A stretch of DNA of 64,000 bases from Laetmonice hystrix (GCA_965235115.1 OZ249445.1:2046001-2110000), one strand, 5' to 3'. Shown: positions 25,168-39,906, counted from the first letter of the stretch. The notes: generated by a model from the sequence alone, not told the origin. Translations and numbers: made by a program.

Positions 25168-27375
25168 TGCACCACGGCAAGTTCAAATCAAGTACACACG
25201 TTCCACCAGCACCATGCATATTCATGCCTCTTTGTTGATTTGCCGCCATTTCTTCCACATTGACACTACGATCTATACACTTAGGCTTCATTTATATAAC
25301 AGGTAGAAGTAGTGCGAGGCTAAACTCTAGTGAAGCATTAGCAGGGAATCCCACCATCAGAGTGGTTTGTTGTAAGGAGGCAAGGGACAACCTGGGTAGG
25401 CGGACGGAGCTGAGGCCACCATTCGACCGATTGGCCTCACGTTGGATAGTAAACACACCGAGCCAATCAACAGGCGACGGCTAGCAACGTGGTTCCCCAT
25501 GCACGCTCCATATGTGGTGTTATTCACACAGCCAGCCCAAATCGCTATCTGAGCAGACTTTTAGCTATCTCAGCGAGTTCACCTCTTGCCATTTATTACG
25601 CAGTTCAGCCTGTTGGTTATTATGATCCATGAAAACACATCTGTATGATTCTCAGCTGCAGAAATTTGTCAGCTGAAAAGAATTTTGAAGACTGCCCCTG
25701 TTGAGCCCCTCATATTGCCCCCTTCCCCTCTTAATGTTTTAATATTTAGACCTAATTTGATACGGTACAAGATTAAAAGTGAGGTAAATGTCTCAGTTGA
25801 TCATGATATAAAAAGTGTGTACAGGAGGGGGGGGGGGGGGTTGCAACCCTGATGAATATTTAAGGGTTAGGCCTGTATTAATATAGTGGGTGTGGATCTT
25901 CTTTGATCCAGTACATGTTAGCACTGCCAATGCAGACCCTGTCTTTTGAAAACAACACAAGTGCCATCAGTGACTCTCTAGAAAATAAGAGTCGGGAGTT
26001 AGATATCCTAAATAGTTCTAGGGCCTTGGAAGCTATCATAAGGGGCGCCAGACTGTATTAACCTGTGTTGGCTTTCAGTTTCAGGTACATGTATATACTG
26101 TGTCAGCAGTATTTGTCGTGAATAAGAGACAGTCGCTGTGTACCAGGTACATTGGTTCATTTTGGAAATGTTTAAGAATTCCTGGATAATTTTGCTGGGG
26201 TGATTAGAGTAAAAGAGTGCTCCAGTGTGCCCTTTTCCAGCAGGCTGAGTCACGTCCTAATGCTGGATTGATTAGGTCTAAATCATTTGCCTGATTCGAT
26301 CAGAGGCTAAGAGGACCATGCAGCCACCATTTATTTCCCAACAAATGCACATTTTCTGGGCATGCAATGAAATGTCATGAATATTTATGGGAGTGATTTA
26401 CATGCAAGCATCACACCATCGGTGGCTTGGCTTTTTGGAGGTGCTTTACACAGCATTCCAGTAATACCATATGGCTGGGCCCAGTTAATGAAAGCAGATA
26501 CAGTGATGGCGTTAAGGGCACTGTCTTTGTCGCAAATATGAGTGGTTGCATTTTAACTTGAGGCAGCCATGGCTAGGAAATGCACTAATAATATATATTC
26601 ACGAGTTGTCACCATAATATTGGATCAAGTAAGCGATTGTGCATCACACAGTGACTCACAGGTCTTTGAAGGTTTGGATAGAAAAAGAAAGTACATAAGG
26701 ACCATAGGTGATTATGTACCATTTATGTCATAAAAGAAAACTCTACCAGTATCGCAGTATAATCACCAAAGTGCTTTCTGCATAAAGACGGTATTGACAC
26801 AATGAAACAAATATTTGCTTTTCCATCAGACTGATAATCAGGTTGCCAGGTAGTCTGTGAGTTTTTGATTGCAGGTGGCCTTTCATCTTGGCTTGGATTA
26901 GATTTTACCGCCTGACTCACCCGTATTTTTTATTGAGATGAGGTGGGGGAGGGGGCCTTGACCCAAACTCTGCAGTGAGAGTGGCACTGCTTTGAGATGA
27001 CATGGTTGTTGTTGGCACTGTTATGTATGGTGGCTCTGTTGTGTTCAACTAGATTTTCAAAAGTATAAAATTGAAAAATGCGAAGAAAAGGTGTATGAGA
27101 TTTATTGGATGCATAGATCTCCATGTAGTGACAACAGCTAGCACATCGTTGTCTGTCCAGGATGGTGGTTGAAAGCCGAGTTTATTAGCTGTCGGTGCAG
27201 TGTCACTACCTGTGTGGAGGTAATCCTTTATCCCTGACAGATGAGCACGGAGATAAGCAGCTCGTGTCACTGCCAGGTTGGAGGAGGCACTGAAGGTCAA
27301 CAGGTTGTGACATGAAGCTCCAACCCTCAGAGACAGGAGGAGGGAATGGGCTGGGACTGGGTGAAAGTATCCTAG

Positions 27376-27664
27376 TCCCACGGTCATGAAAAGTCATGGA
27401 AAATGAAATTTGGTTTTCCAGACCTTGAAAAGTCATGGAAAATAGAAAAACGAAGGAGTCATGCAATTTGAGATTTTTCATGAACCACATTTTTGTTTCT
27501 GTTAGGCTTAAATTGTAAAGCTCCACGACGTACTGGGTGGCAATTCTGGAATTTTAGTGTATTTGAATTTTTATTAAATTTTATCTGGAATTGGTCATGA
27601 AATTTGGGAGTTTTGGTCTGGAAAAATCATGAAATTTCAATATAGCCAACCTGTGGGAACCCTG
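27376..27664. mobile_element. MITE, same terminal family as 19842-20012; left end eroded
   Basis: Right end GTGGGAACCCTG (27664), left remnant TCCCACGG, repeated GAAAAGTCATGGAAAA motifs with inverted copies near the right end. Confidence 0.65.
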
Positions 27665-30600
27665 TAGTCGTCGTATCTGTGACTCACCATAATGATAACC
27701 AAAGCAGACTTGCATTTCGTCATTTGAAAGCTCAGATGGAGACTTAATGGCGCATGTGAAAGTGTTGTCTTGATCTATGCACCTGGGACTTGGCAAGGTG
27801 GTTGCCGGTTCACCTACCCTCTACAGTGGAGCTTACCTGTCAGGTCTCTCAGGGCATGGCATACTGTAGTCTTCAGATGTCGCTCAGTTCTCCTAATTAT
27901 CCCAAGAACGATATGATCTGGGCCTAGAGGCTGGTCTCATGGATCATGCGTTGGATGGGAACGAGTTTCCAGAAAATTAGTCAAGCCATAGAGGTACAAG
28001 GCAAGACTCCCTGTGGGTCTAGGTTTGAGTATGACGATTGTGGCAATGGTAAACACGTAATGTCACAATTAGGACTGTTACCTAGCATGTCCTGGAGGTA
28101 ACATTGAACGTACATGAACTTCACAGGTGGATGGGGGGAATTAATATAATACTGACTCATCATGTGAACTTAAGATGTAACACTTTCCTCTGTACATGTA
28201 TACATTGTGTACATGAAGTTTAAGGTTGTGGGGAGGCATTAGGTAATTGCCCCACTTTTTCAAATAATTATTAGTCTACCATTACGTATAAATTAGGCAG
28301 AATCTCTCAATATAATATAAAATTATTAATAAGGTACATGGACTGTATTTTCATTAGTCGTGACTTTAAAAAATAGAATGCATAATGAGCCTAAGCCTAA
28401 GATACACAAACAACCATGCCTGCCAGTGCTGTAACACGCAATGTGTGATGTTTGCCATAACACACCTTTAACACTTAACAGTAAATCTGTTGGATGAAAA
28501 CTTCCGTTTACAACCAAACAATCCAGCATCAGTTATCAGCAGGATATTGTTCTAGGATGTTATCGGCAAGGTCCTCGTCCTTGACCCAGATCTCAGAGGT
28601 TTTCAGCACAATAGAATGACTTTTGACAGTCTGTCTTTTAGTAGAGACTGGTATCACACCAGTGATTTAAGTCATGTCAGAACAAGAAACTCGCATTAAA
28701 CAGGACTTGCCAACTTGTCCTTGAACTGACCTCTGCCGCTATATTCATCATAGCCATCCTCAGGTCAATAATGTTGTGTAATCATGCACATGTAAAGATA
28801 ATAATATTAAGGGTCAATAAGGTAAACATTTAAAGGTTTACTCAAGTTAATACCAGGTAAGTCGTATTGTAAAGATATGAAATAAGGAAAAAGTAAGAAA
28901 AGAAAACAAAACGATATGAAACAACAGTACCGGTAGTCTCCAATATTATGACCTGGTTGTTTGCAGTCATGTCTGAAATTAGTTGCAACATCCGATGTGT
29001 AGAACATGTAACGAAGTTGCATCATATTCATAAGCAGTTAAAAAAAGCTTCTGGCAAGTACACTTCTATTTTGCCATCATACCGGAGGGATGGGATAATC
29101 TGGCGGTCTTTGCTTGAAAAATAAAATATCAACGACTGAATTTCAGAACAGATATTGACAGAGTGGATACATTTGTCAAGCACACTATTCAAATTAGAAA
29201 TAATGCAGTCAATCAACTTCACCTGTAAGTACAGATAATGGACTTCAGGTGATTCAGTGTTGAAGATTTCGTTTCCTTCCAAAATCACGAGTATTTTGAC
29301 AGAAGCCGTCGAGTGAAATTCTCACTGAAATTTCAGTTTGACATTTATTTTTAGAAACATTACTGTGCAGATTAAATTTTATGAGCAGTCCTAAACTGCA
29401 TAGAAGAGTACCGGGTAGGTTGAATTGCAGATGATTAGGCCTGCATTATAAGTGAGCAACTGCACAGTTACTGCGCTAGGTTTGAGCAGATTCAAACTGA
29501 GGCCTTTCTCTCACGCCTTTAGGTGACGGTTGCTGTGCTCTATTGGCAACCATGAAAGCTAAATTGTGCAAAACGCTTCATGGACGAGGCTGTAAATGTG
29601 ATTTAGTGATTCCGAATTCTGATGACTGCATTCGGCCAGGCAACAGCACTGGTTGCCCCCAGTGATGAGTTGAGGCCTATTGGGTAGGTTTTTCTGTCCT
29701 CCCTACCAGGGCTGTCGCCATCATAGAGAAGAGATGCCATTGACCATGGCGTTAGAGGCTGGTGGCTGGATGTTTCTCGGTAATGTTTAGGTAGGCGTTC
29801 CTCTATAAGTACGGTACTAACATTCCCAAGCTGGGAGTAGGAAGAGCCAGACTGACAGTCCATGAATTTATCAGGACATGGCGGAAATAATAACCGTTAC
29901 ACGCCATCAGTTATCATCTGATAAAAACATAATATGATAAGATTAGAAAATTTTAAATTTTCTGACTCTAGCTATTTGAGTGAATGGTGATTCTTCACCA
30001 GTTTGAAATGCCATGGTTCACTATGTTCTATGCATAGAAATGGAATTATAAAATTTTTTAGATAATATTTTTAATATTTATATCATCGACATTGACATGA
30101 AAATGGATGCATGTATCATGAGAGAGGCATGATGAGGTTTTGGTGGAGAAGTGTGTCAGACAGTTTCCAGTGTGGCCTGTGGCCTGTGGCCAGGTCAGGC
30201 CTGGTGCGGGGTGCCCGCTGCTCTGGCTTAATCTCGCCAAAAACAAACTCAGGAGGACCAGCATTTGGCGAACTCCGTAACTATGGGGATATTCCATTGG
30301 CACACTTAAACAAAATTACCTTCATTTAGCTGTGGGCTTGAAAAAAGCAGCACAGTTGAAAAAAATTGAAATAGTTTGTGAAATCTGTATAGAGTAATTT
30401 GCAAAATAATACGAGTGGATAATCCGACTTGGTTTAATTATTAATAGAAAGACATATATTTATTAAGAAGATAGTTCTAAAGAGGCTCAGTACGTACAAA
30501 TTGCCATATTTGGCTGTGCATAGTTTGTGTCTGGTTCTCCAACCTGATTACGTCCAAGGCAATTATGGATAATAGACTTCACAATCAGGTTACTGACTGC

Positions 30601-31227
30601 CTGAATGGGGAGGGGGTCTAATTAAAGGGATGCCTTGTCGTCATGGCGACGGTAACTGGACTGCACTGTGAACCTAAACTACTCAGTCAATTTTATAATT
30701 GACTAAATTTTGTTTTAAGTTTCAGCAGGCCTTCCCAGTCATAACTACAGATATGTTAAATAATTCTTAGATATGGGATGCAAGTTATGTATCGCCACAT
30801 GATATTCTGAGAATGATATAAAAGTTATAATTGGAATACAATTTGTTCAATGGCAGTTAATATTGAATTTTCTCCTTCAAGTACAGAAGAATGTTCATGA
30901 AGATTCTTGTAGTTTTCCTGTGAATCAGGCTGTCGGGTTATTCCGTTGATTGCAGGCGTAGATCTTCGGGGTCCAGTCCTGAGGAGATGGGGGGTATGAC
31001 GGGGAGGCTGGTCGGTGATTTACCCGCCCATGCGGGCCCCGTTATGATGTCATACATACCAGAGCGAGGCCCACGGACGCCGTGTAATGTTGATGTAGTC
31101 TCACGCTCCTTGGATGACTTGTCGTGAAGGAAAGTCGAAATGAATGAATTGATTCTGCCGCATCGGAGGCTGAGCTTCCATGTAGAAATCAGCTGAAGCC
31201 TGATCAGTAGAAGGTGTGGGGTAGAAT

Positions 31228-31684
31228 CAGACATGCTGAAATTCACCGGACTTCGGACAATGACGAAAAAAAATCACAATGTCCGGTAAATGTTGGCAAA
31301 ACACGGGACAAAATGTCCGGTATTTCAATCTTAGTACCCTAAATTTGTGGTAGAAATCAATAATTTTTCTGTGATTTCACAATGAAGGTAAACAAGTCTG
31401 CCGTTATACCATTTTTTTCCCGGAGGTGTTATCTGTTTTTTCTATGACGGTCAGCTCAAGATCATGATGTTATCATAATCATAAAGGGGGCCAAGCCCGG
31501 AAAGGCTAGGCCACAACAAAAACAAATGTACTTGACCACAGCCCCAAAAGAGGGCATGTACAGATGCTATAGTTTTGACTTTATTGTCTGGTAAATGTCC
31601 GGTGAATTGCCCCAATGTCCGGCGAATTTTAGAAATTCACCGGACAAATGTCCGGTGAAACCTCAGAAGATTTCACCATGTCTG
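31228..31684. mobile_element. Non-autonomous TIR element with TGTCCGG subterminal motifs
   Basis: CAGACATGCTGAAAT / ATTTCACCATGTCTG termini, flanking direct repeat TAGAAT on both sides, five TGTCCGG copies plus inverted CCGGAC copies. Confidence 0.8.
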
Positions 31685-34480
31685 TAGAATAATGAATAAA
31701 TGTTGGCGGGGGAGAGATGGGGTGCACGGTTGATACGGTATAAGAGTGAAATTGATGCCAAGACGAAGAGCCAGACCGTGATTTTGTTTTACCCCAGACG
31801 AGGGTGGATATTGATTATCCAAGATGTGACATTCTCAGATAACATTCTGTCTGAAAAATTTATTTGGCATTTATTACCGTTAAAGATCTGCTAATTGTGG
31901 TTCCCGTTATATGATAATATTTATATAGGACAAACGTCAAACGTCATGTGTCATGAGCACCGTCCGTTCTTTACCAGTAGACGTTTCTACCTGGAAACAA
32001 CATATATTACGGTACTACATTGTATTTCTAGTTCTAAGGTTTATTCTCTACCCAGCTGGCTACAACTGCCAGTTGACTTGAAACTCTTGCTGAGATACCT
32101 GAGACATTAGTTTGTTGGGTGTGTGCGTATATGAGCAGCCCTGATACGATAATAGTTGATAATGCAAAGGTTGAGGGCGTGTCCGATGTGTGCATCGATA
32201 GTGGAAGATTTGTGACAAACTGATGAAGCAGTTTTTGTTTGCCTGTGCTTTCATTCACAAAAACATGTAGTATGCTGTCTTAATTGGATGTTCATCTCAT
32301 TTTCCAACAGCAGAAAGGAAATTGTACCAAAAAGTGTTTTTTTTTTGGTGATCAACCTAAAAGGTTCTGCTCATCCATGGGGTTCCTATAGAATTGTAAA
32401 TGGGAAGTAAAAAGTAGCTATTTTGTATGTTGCGAAGCACATGCTTTCCCGTCTTCACTTTACCAAGGTAATTTTGAAGTAAAGTGAACCAGTTTTTATA
32501 GATTGTTTTAAGATGCGGCCTTCATCATGGGTACGATGAGTAGAACACTAGGATAGAGATAGTATCCGGAGTGTTTGAGATGAGTGTGAATCAGCAGCGC
32601 CCTGTGCAATGAGCAGGAGCTGTGTCAGAGTTAAAATCGTTACTCACAATGAGGTCACCAGCCTTGGCAGTGAGTGACGACGAACTCACAGCAGAGCCTG
32701 GCCGGTAGAGGCTCACTCCCACCCCGGCCTGCCTGCTATCTCCGCCCTCCAGTACTCGGGCATTCCTCCAGGTTCAACATCCTTCACTCCAGGCTCCCCC
32801 TAACCTGGGGCCATTGGCGGTGTCCTTGCAAAGCTTCACACATTTCGATGGGACCTGTGCCCCTTTCAAGTTACCTATTAAGGTTGGAAAGTTTATTAAG
32901 AGTTGTGGAGAGTTTTTATTGAAGAAGTCAAACGGTTAATTGTTGTGTGGTGGACGTATTGTGAAAACTGCTTACTCCATGGAAGAGGTTTGACTCGACC
33001 TGCCTGGAACCTTGCGCTGACCTTACCGAGCTCGGCAAAGGTTGGTGGACACTGTCAGGGAATGAAAGGTAACCTTTCTACATGTTTCATCATTATAATG
33101 ATCATTCGTCTCGGTTTTATTTGGGTAACTTTTCTCAAATATTTAGAATGTGTCTGCAAATGAAATGTTTCTTTATCAGGGGGTCTGCGTTCGGTGGGAT
33201 AGAGAAAGCACAAGAATAAAGTTGCTACAACCAGTTGGATGGACTGGCTGGTTGGCCCGGCAAGTGTTCAGGGCCCGGTACCTGTTCTGACCTTTCACAT
33301 TTTGAAATACCAGGTATTTCGTGGAAGCTGGCTGACACTGAGGGCATGTACTGGAGGTGTGTATGTTATTTAGGTCACCCTCCTGGTCATTGTGAAAGGC
33401 TGGGCCCTCGCAAACACTGGGAACTGAAAGTAGCCTCGTATTCTAAGGTATCATATCAGGTGGATAACAAGATCTTTAGTGGTAAATGAACGCCTGTAGA
33501 TAAGATATCTCGTCCACCCGGTTTGGTGGTGGATGGGGCGGGGGGGGGGGGCTTACCTTGAGAAGAAAATACCTGCGTAGTTTGTTCTTATGGTCATGGT
33601 CCAGATGAACTTAACGGTTTTCTCAGATAGATGTGTCATTCAGTCAAGTTATGGCATGCCCTAGAGCGTGAGTTACACCCAGTGGGTCTTTGTTAGCAGC
33701 ATGGAACCTAAGCCAGAAGGACATGGGTATAACTGGTACACGATAACAATACCTGTGTCGGGACACAGGTACGAAGGCTGTGTGGGATGTCGGTAGGTGC
33801 ACTGGACACCATTGAAAGAAGTGATTATTACAAATGTACAGGGACATGGCCGCATTGTCCCCCCCCCCCACCCCCACCCACCCGGTGTGTACCAGGGGCA
33901 GGGGGTTGAGCTGTGTGGCCTCCTCCCACCCCGCCCACAGTCAGATTGTATGTAGTTCACAGTTATTGTCTCCACTGGGCCCGGTCAGGACTACAGGTGG
34001 CACCACCGGCCAGTGAGGAGGACAACACCCAGGCTCACCTGTGGTAAGCCGTGGCAGAGACTGGCTTGGGGATTAGAGCAAGCTGTAATGGCCAAGTTAT
34101 TAAGGTGAGTGGATTGGACGCCACTCGACAGCCCACAGGTTAACCAACAATCGGCCGCATGGACTTTGTAACTGACACGTTAGGACATGTATGTTAGTGT
34201 TACTGTGGCCCAGATGAACAAACCGACAAAGCTGTCAGTGGCAGGACGACTTAAGGTGCTCCTAGTACTGCGTGCACATAGTCGATACGCTGCTCTGTGG
34301 TACTACAGACCTTGTTGTGTGCTACAGCACTAACCCAGCCACAGTTGAAGTGGCAAACGGAATATTATACACTGGTTTAATTCACAGCGCTACATGTGGG
34401 TAAAACCACTACCCCCAACTCCTCGGTGAGTAGAATGTATTGTACCTCTTTCGAAATCTGTGTACTTTTGTTGGGTGTCA

Positions 34481-34945
34481 GGTGAAAACGTCCCCAACCA
34501 AAGACGTCCCTAAGTGAAAACGTCCCCAAGATGAAACGTCCCCATTGGCATGATTAGGCCTATGTATTGTTCCTATATATCATAGACTCTATAATTTGTG
34601 AATTGTTTGTTACATGCTAGTGTGATACCATGTTACAGGCCTTATAAAGTTATATTAGATTGAGAGAATGCCCAACATGTCCACCCCTCCCAAAATCCAC
34701 CCGGTCGTGTCCGCCCCACCCTGCTGCCCGTGTTCCCGGCATATCCAAGCCCTCCGCTCCCTTCCCTACCTCCTCGCGGAACACATTTCATGACATCGGC
34801 CTTTGAAAGTACAAAGTACGGCCCAAAGTAAAATCATTCTTTTCATGGAATAGACTACATTTTCCACCCAGTGGATCAGCGGGAGCATGCCGAGGGGCGG
34901 ACATATGACCGGTGGTGGTTGGGGACGTTTTCACTTAGGGACGTC
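34481..34945. mobile_element. Non-autonomous element with AAAACGTCCCC subterminal inverted repeats
   Basis: GTGAAAACGTCCCCAACCA / TGGTTGGGGACGTTTTCAC and GACGTCCCTAAGTGAAAACGTC with its reverse complement; TSD not resolved. Confidence 0.7.
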
Positions 34946-36092
34946 CTCGCATTCCTTTTGTTGTGGTGAGAGTTCCTTGCGCCATGAATATGTTCACAAA
35001 ATAAAACCATGTGATTGTTGAGATAAGTGAGGTAGGAAAACGTGAATCTACACCAACGATTTTTTCCAACACGAGACTCGGTATGCCTACTCCTCGGGAG
35101 TTTATGAATTATTCAGAAATCACAGTCTTGTTCAGGATGATTTGATGGATGGGATATGTCACGTTTGAGAACAAAAAGTAGGTTAACAAAACGAAAAAAC
35201 ATTGATTATATCAATATATATTTTATTATTGAGAGGAGAACAGTATTAGTACAGTCCGGTATGTTGATGACGCCCTGAGCAGTCCACACCAGTGAAAAAA
35301 ACCGTTTTCGGACTTTAATCCATGGCAGGAACAAAATCGACCAAAATTTAAATGGGTTTGAATTGATGGCGTCTCATATTTTGAATGGTATTAGTGGAAT
35401 TATCGCCACGGTTTGCTGTGAGGAGATTTCAGCGAGCTCAGGCTGTAGGCGTATAAAAACGGCCTGGTGTGGTCCGTATTGTGCAAGAATGGGTGCGGAT
35501 TGGGACAGACTGGGTGGGTTGTCAACGAACCACGCTGCCTGTATTACCTGAGATTGAATTTGGTGAACAGAATGAGCGGCGTTCCGATCAATACGTAACG
35601 ACTCTCCTACAGGCCTCACTGCCTCTGAATGTTTTGTACAGGCGGGAGAAATTAAAGCCTAATGACTTTGCAAGAGTTTGTGAATCATGGCCTGTAGACA
35701 TCGATAGCGGGTCTGTGAGGTGTACACCGGTAGACATAATGTCGGCCTGAACACGTTATTGTTGGACGTACATTGGGAATGGCTACAGCTGACTGGATTT
35801 TGAATTCAACTAGAGTAGGTGTGAATGCCGTTATATTGGTAGCATTTAAAATCTGATGCAATGTATCAAAATTTGAAATTCCATGGATTTTCGCAGGTAA
35901 CTGGTTCAAATTTCATTTCGATGGGCGAAATAAATATTTATTTTATCATTATCATTATCATGGAATCTTATGGAGCCAGGCCGCTCAATAGATTTTCAGT
36001 TTATTATTTATTTTATGAAGTGCGCACATCGCATTTGCTCCAGCCAACCACCTAGTGACATTACCCACGTATTGTACACATGACAAGGCATC

Positions 36093-36330
36093 ACTTGTCT
36101 ACCAAGTGACATATCACTGTTGCCAGCTAACTTGTCCACCAAGTGACATATCACTGTTGCTAGCAAACTTGTCCACCAAGTGACATATCACTGTTCCCAG
36201 CAAACTTGTCCACCAAGTGACATATCACTGTTCCCAGCAAACTTGTCTACCAAGTGACATATCACTGTTCCCAGCAAACTTGTCCACCAAGTGACATGAT
36301 ATCGCAGTTACAAGCAAACTTGCCCACTAA
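36093..36330. repeat. 37-bp tandem repeat, about 6.3 copies
   Basis: Unit ACTTGTCCACCAAGTGACATATCACTGTTCCCAGCAA starting at 36093, 36130, 36167, 36204, 36241, 36278. Confidence 0.95.
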
Positions 36331-39300
36331 CTACCACTGGCCTGGTGTTATTGTATTACTTGGAAACGTGAATTGATGCTTGATTTGAGTTGTAGCGGTT
36401 TGCCATCCATACTTTCCACATGAACACTTTTGTTTTACTGAGAGGACCTTTGGATCAAATAAACCAAAACATCTACAGACAATGCCATTGCCTGGATAGT
36501 TGAGGTTGTAATTTTAGATCTCATCATAATAAACACTTTGATGTTTCCATAGAAACTGACCAATATTGGCAGTTGGCCATGGGCTGATTGGTTTACCGTT
36601 CTCAGACCACAATAGAACGGTTGTGAGACAGAGAATGGCGGAATATAATTAACCGTCCCGTAGTGGTTGGTAAGTGCTTTCACTATTAATTAGCCGGTCC
36701 CTGTGAGCACCAGGGAAGCCCAGGGCTCCCATCCGTCCCGTCCGGGCCCCCAGTAATTTTACCTACCGTAAATATACAAAATTTCGTTAGGTTGTCCATC
36801 TGTATTGTCATTTCTCCATTTGCAAATTGTGCAAAAGTTACAAAGTCCTAAACAAGGTAACATTTTTGACCATTCGAAAATGAAAGGATTTACAGAGCAG
36901 GAGGGTTCGAGTGTTTGATGGGATTTGTGTGGAGAAGTTTGGCCTAAAAATATTTTCCCTCAAAATAAATTCAGTGTTGCGGTGGTGATCTTTGCTGTCT
37001 AAAACAGACGTTGGTTGATGAAGGGACAGAAATGATGCACTTTACAGTACATCGAAATGAAATCAATCAGATAATAAAAGATAGGAAGAAGAATTAAAAT
37101 CTTGGCTTTCTTTGGATGTCATTCCTGACATATTGCGGAGGAGGGGGGAGACGTCCAGATAGTAAGAACCTTAGTACTGTTATTAGAATGTCTGATATAT
37201 TTTAAGTTCGTTATTGAAGTGCCTTTTTTGCACGGTAGAGCCTCTAAACGTCAACAGAGCGTAACAGATGGGACGTTTTTGTAAATGGATTGTTATACCG
37301 TCAGGAATTGAGTCGCTTCCACTCATTACATTACAGAACACGGAATGCATTTGCTCCGGTAATAATGGAGTATTGGTCGAACTGCTGGAGAAACTCATAA
37401 TTCCCCAATTACGTTACAGCAATTGGTAAATATTTATATGCTTTTATTTAGGTAAGAATGAATATGGCAACGAAATGAGCTTATTTTGGAATGCATTTTG
37501 GGGGAGAGGAGATCAGGATTGCTGTTTAATTTGTGAAGCCGATACATTTAATACGTTCTTTAGATTTGAGCTCCGGTGACGAGCTTGAGAGGACGATTCA
37601 GTGTGGCTGTGTTGGCTGCACCCCCCCCCCCCCGACACACACACACATCCAACCTTCGATTTTTCTTCAGAGGTGGGTGCTCGGACGGGTAGGTTCGAGT
37701 TGGGTTAGATTGGTAATGGGTGGGCTGGGGCACTATTTGGTCAAACTACCAAGGGCAGCGGGTGCAGGCACCTTGGGGTCGTGCCATCAGTCTCTGGGTC
37801 AAGTCCCTATAGAAGTGGACGAGTCCACAATTGCCCCCCCCCCTCCAACATAGTATGGGGGCCCCCAACATAGTAGAGGGGGCTCAAGAGAAAGGATTCG
37901 TGTATGTGTTTTGAAAACGTTACTGAACCTTTTCCATGTTGAAAGGACATAATTTTTCGTAGAGACGGGCCACAGAGGGTGCGTACCATTCTCAGTCATG
38001 GTATTATTAACGAAGCAAGGAGTCTTTAAGATATCTTTGTCCTCATCCCGATCATATCAAATTACACATCTTACTTGGATGTAGAATGAAAAAGGAGACT
38101 TGGAATAAACAAAACTGGAAACAGCCGGTACAGATGTATTGACAGATCATCCCGGGCACCAGTTCCCCCAGATATAGACTTGCCGCCAGTGTCTCTTGTT
38201 TGTCAGTAACTGGTCTTACTGCTGACGTAGGACTGTGCGCCCTCTCCCCTCCCTCCCACTCGTCCTCTGTAGTAAATGATAGATCTGAGGAGTTCTGTGC
38301 TCACACTGGCATTGTCTGCCGAGAGCTACCTGGGGTACCTTGCTGGTATTGGCAGCTGTTGCACTCTGGGATACGTGATGCCAGCCCCCCTCCCCACCAC
38401 CGTTCGCCTCTCACCAGGCGCACACTGCTGCGTGGGAAGTGCCATTGTCTGGTTACGTCACAATACGTGATTATGTCATTGGTGCAGCCGACAGTTTGCC
38501 AAGGTCAGGGCGAGTGACCGAAGTACCACTGTCTTTATGTCGTAGTAATAGAAATTGTCCACTGACACCTTTTCTCGAGCCTACCAGCATGTATTATAAA
38601 ACCTTTTATTGTATCGTGAAAACTGAGTACCCGTTTTTCCAAGCGATAATGTTTTTGATGGTTTCGTTTCACTTTGGTATAATCTATTAGTTAGTGGTTT
38701 CAACCGCCCACGCATGGATTCTTTGGCCCCGTTTACCTGCAGTGACATCCGTGACGTCAGCGGTGGTGTGCACAACGCCACCGCCAACACGTGCTGACTG
38801 TAGTAACGATGGCCGCCTGGTGCCAGGTGCACCGTGGGTTCCCTCGTCGACTTTACCTGTAGTGTTCCACATTTATTGGTCAGTCGGCGCTGACCAGGTG
38901 AATGAGGGGAAACCGACCCAGGTAATGGAAGCCGTGAGCCGTCAGAATGTGACATTCCCATCGCAGTTACTTCTGCACACAAGTGATATCATATCGAGCA
39001 CGAAATATGCGTACACATACATATTTCTTATAATAACCATATAAGGAGTGAGGTAACAGGTGGGCCCTCGACAGTGATTGAATTTCTCCCCCATTCCCCA
39101 GTAGTCCCATGAACCGTCCAGAGATGACAGACTATGAACAGGAAATACGGATACATTTCTTTATCATTTATGGGGTCGGGTCTCAGAATTAACGAGAAGA
39201 CAACTCCAACTGCGCAGTCCACAGTTATTCTGGGAGTAAAATAGGGTTAATTGCATTACCTGATAGACACGTTGGTAGGGAGGGCTTAGGTCTTTCTTTG

Positions 39301-39906
39301 ACAGTCGAGAACAATCAGCTTTTTAGCTTAAAATTACCATAGCTTCAAGGCAAGTGAACTTGTGTTCTATTATGCCTACTGTCGGCTGGTCTTAGTGGGG
39401 TGCACTTGGAAAGGTTTCCATGACAACGACAAGAAGCACAGTCTTGTACCTGTAAAGTCATGAAGGTATATGAAGAATGAATTACAACTTCCAGTCGCTT
39501 GGAAGGCCGAGAAAACGTCTTTCTTCAGTAAAGGTCAGAAGGTTGGTGTGTTCTCCGTGGACAAAGACATCGCTTGTAATGTCCAAGTTAAGTTGTGCCC
39601 TTCCAACACCCTTCACCCCATCGCATCCCACCCCACTCGCCTATCAGTTGGCCCACAAAGCTATCACCACATAAGGAGCAGACGGGGAGAAAGTTGATTT
39701 TTCGGATTGATAGTGTGAAACGTGATTGCGGTGAAACGTGAAAGGTCGTGGGTAAGATATGAAGAACGCACTCAGTTCGTTCGGAATATAGTCACGAACT
39801 CCTTTGTCTACGAGCACCGTGAAATGAGGGCATATTGACACAGTTACTTTTCTTTTCTCGCAGCCGACCCCCTGAGGTGGTAAACGCCGGTCAAGAATAT
39901 GATTAC

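Noticed and set aside
30938-35909. Scattered 70-100 aa ORFs (e.g. 30938-31246, 35469-35750)
   Set aside because: No family similarity recognised and no phase-consistent exon chain could be built.
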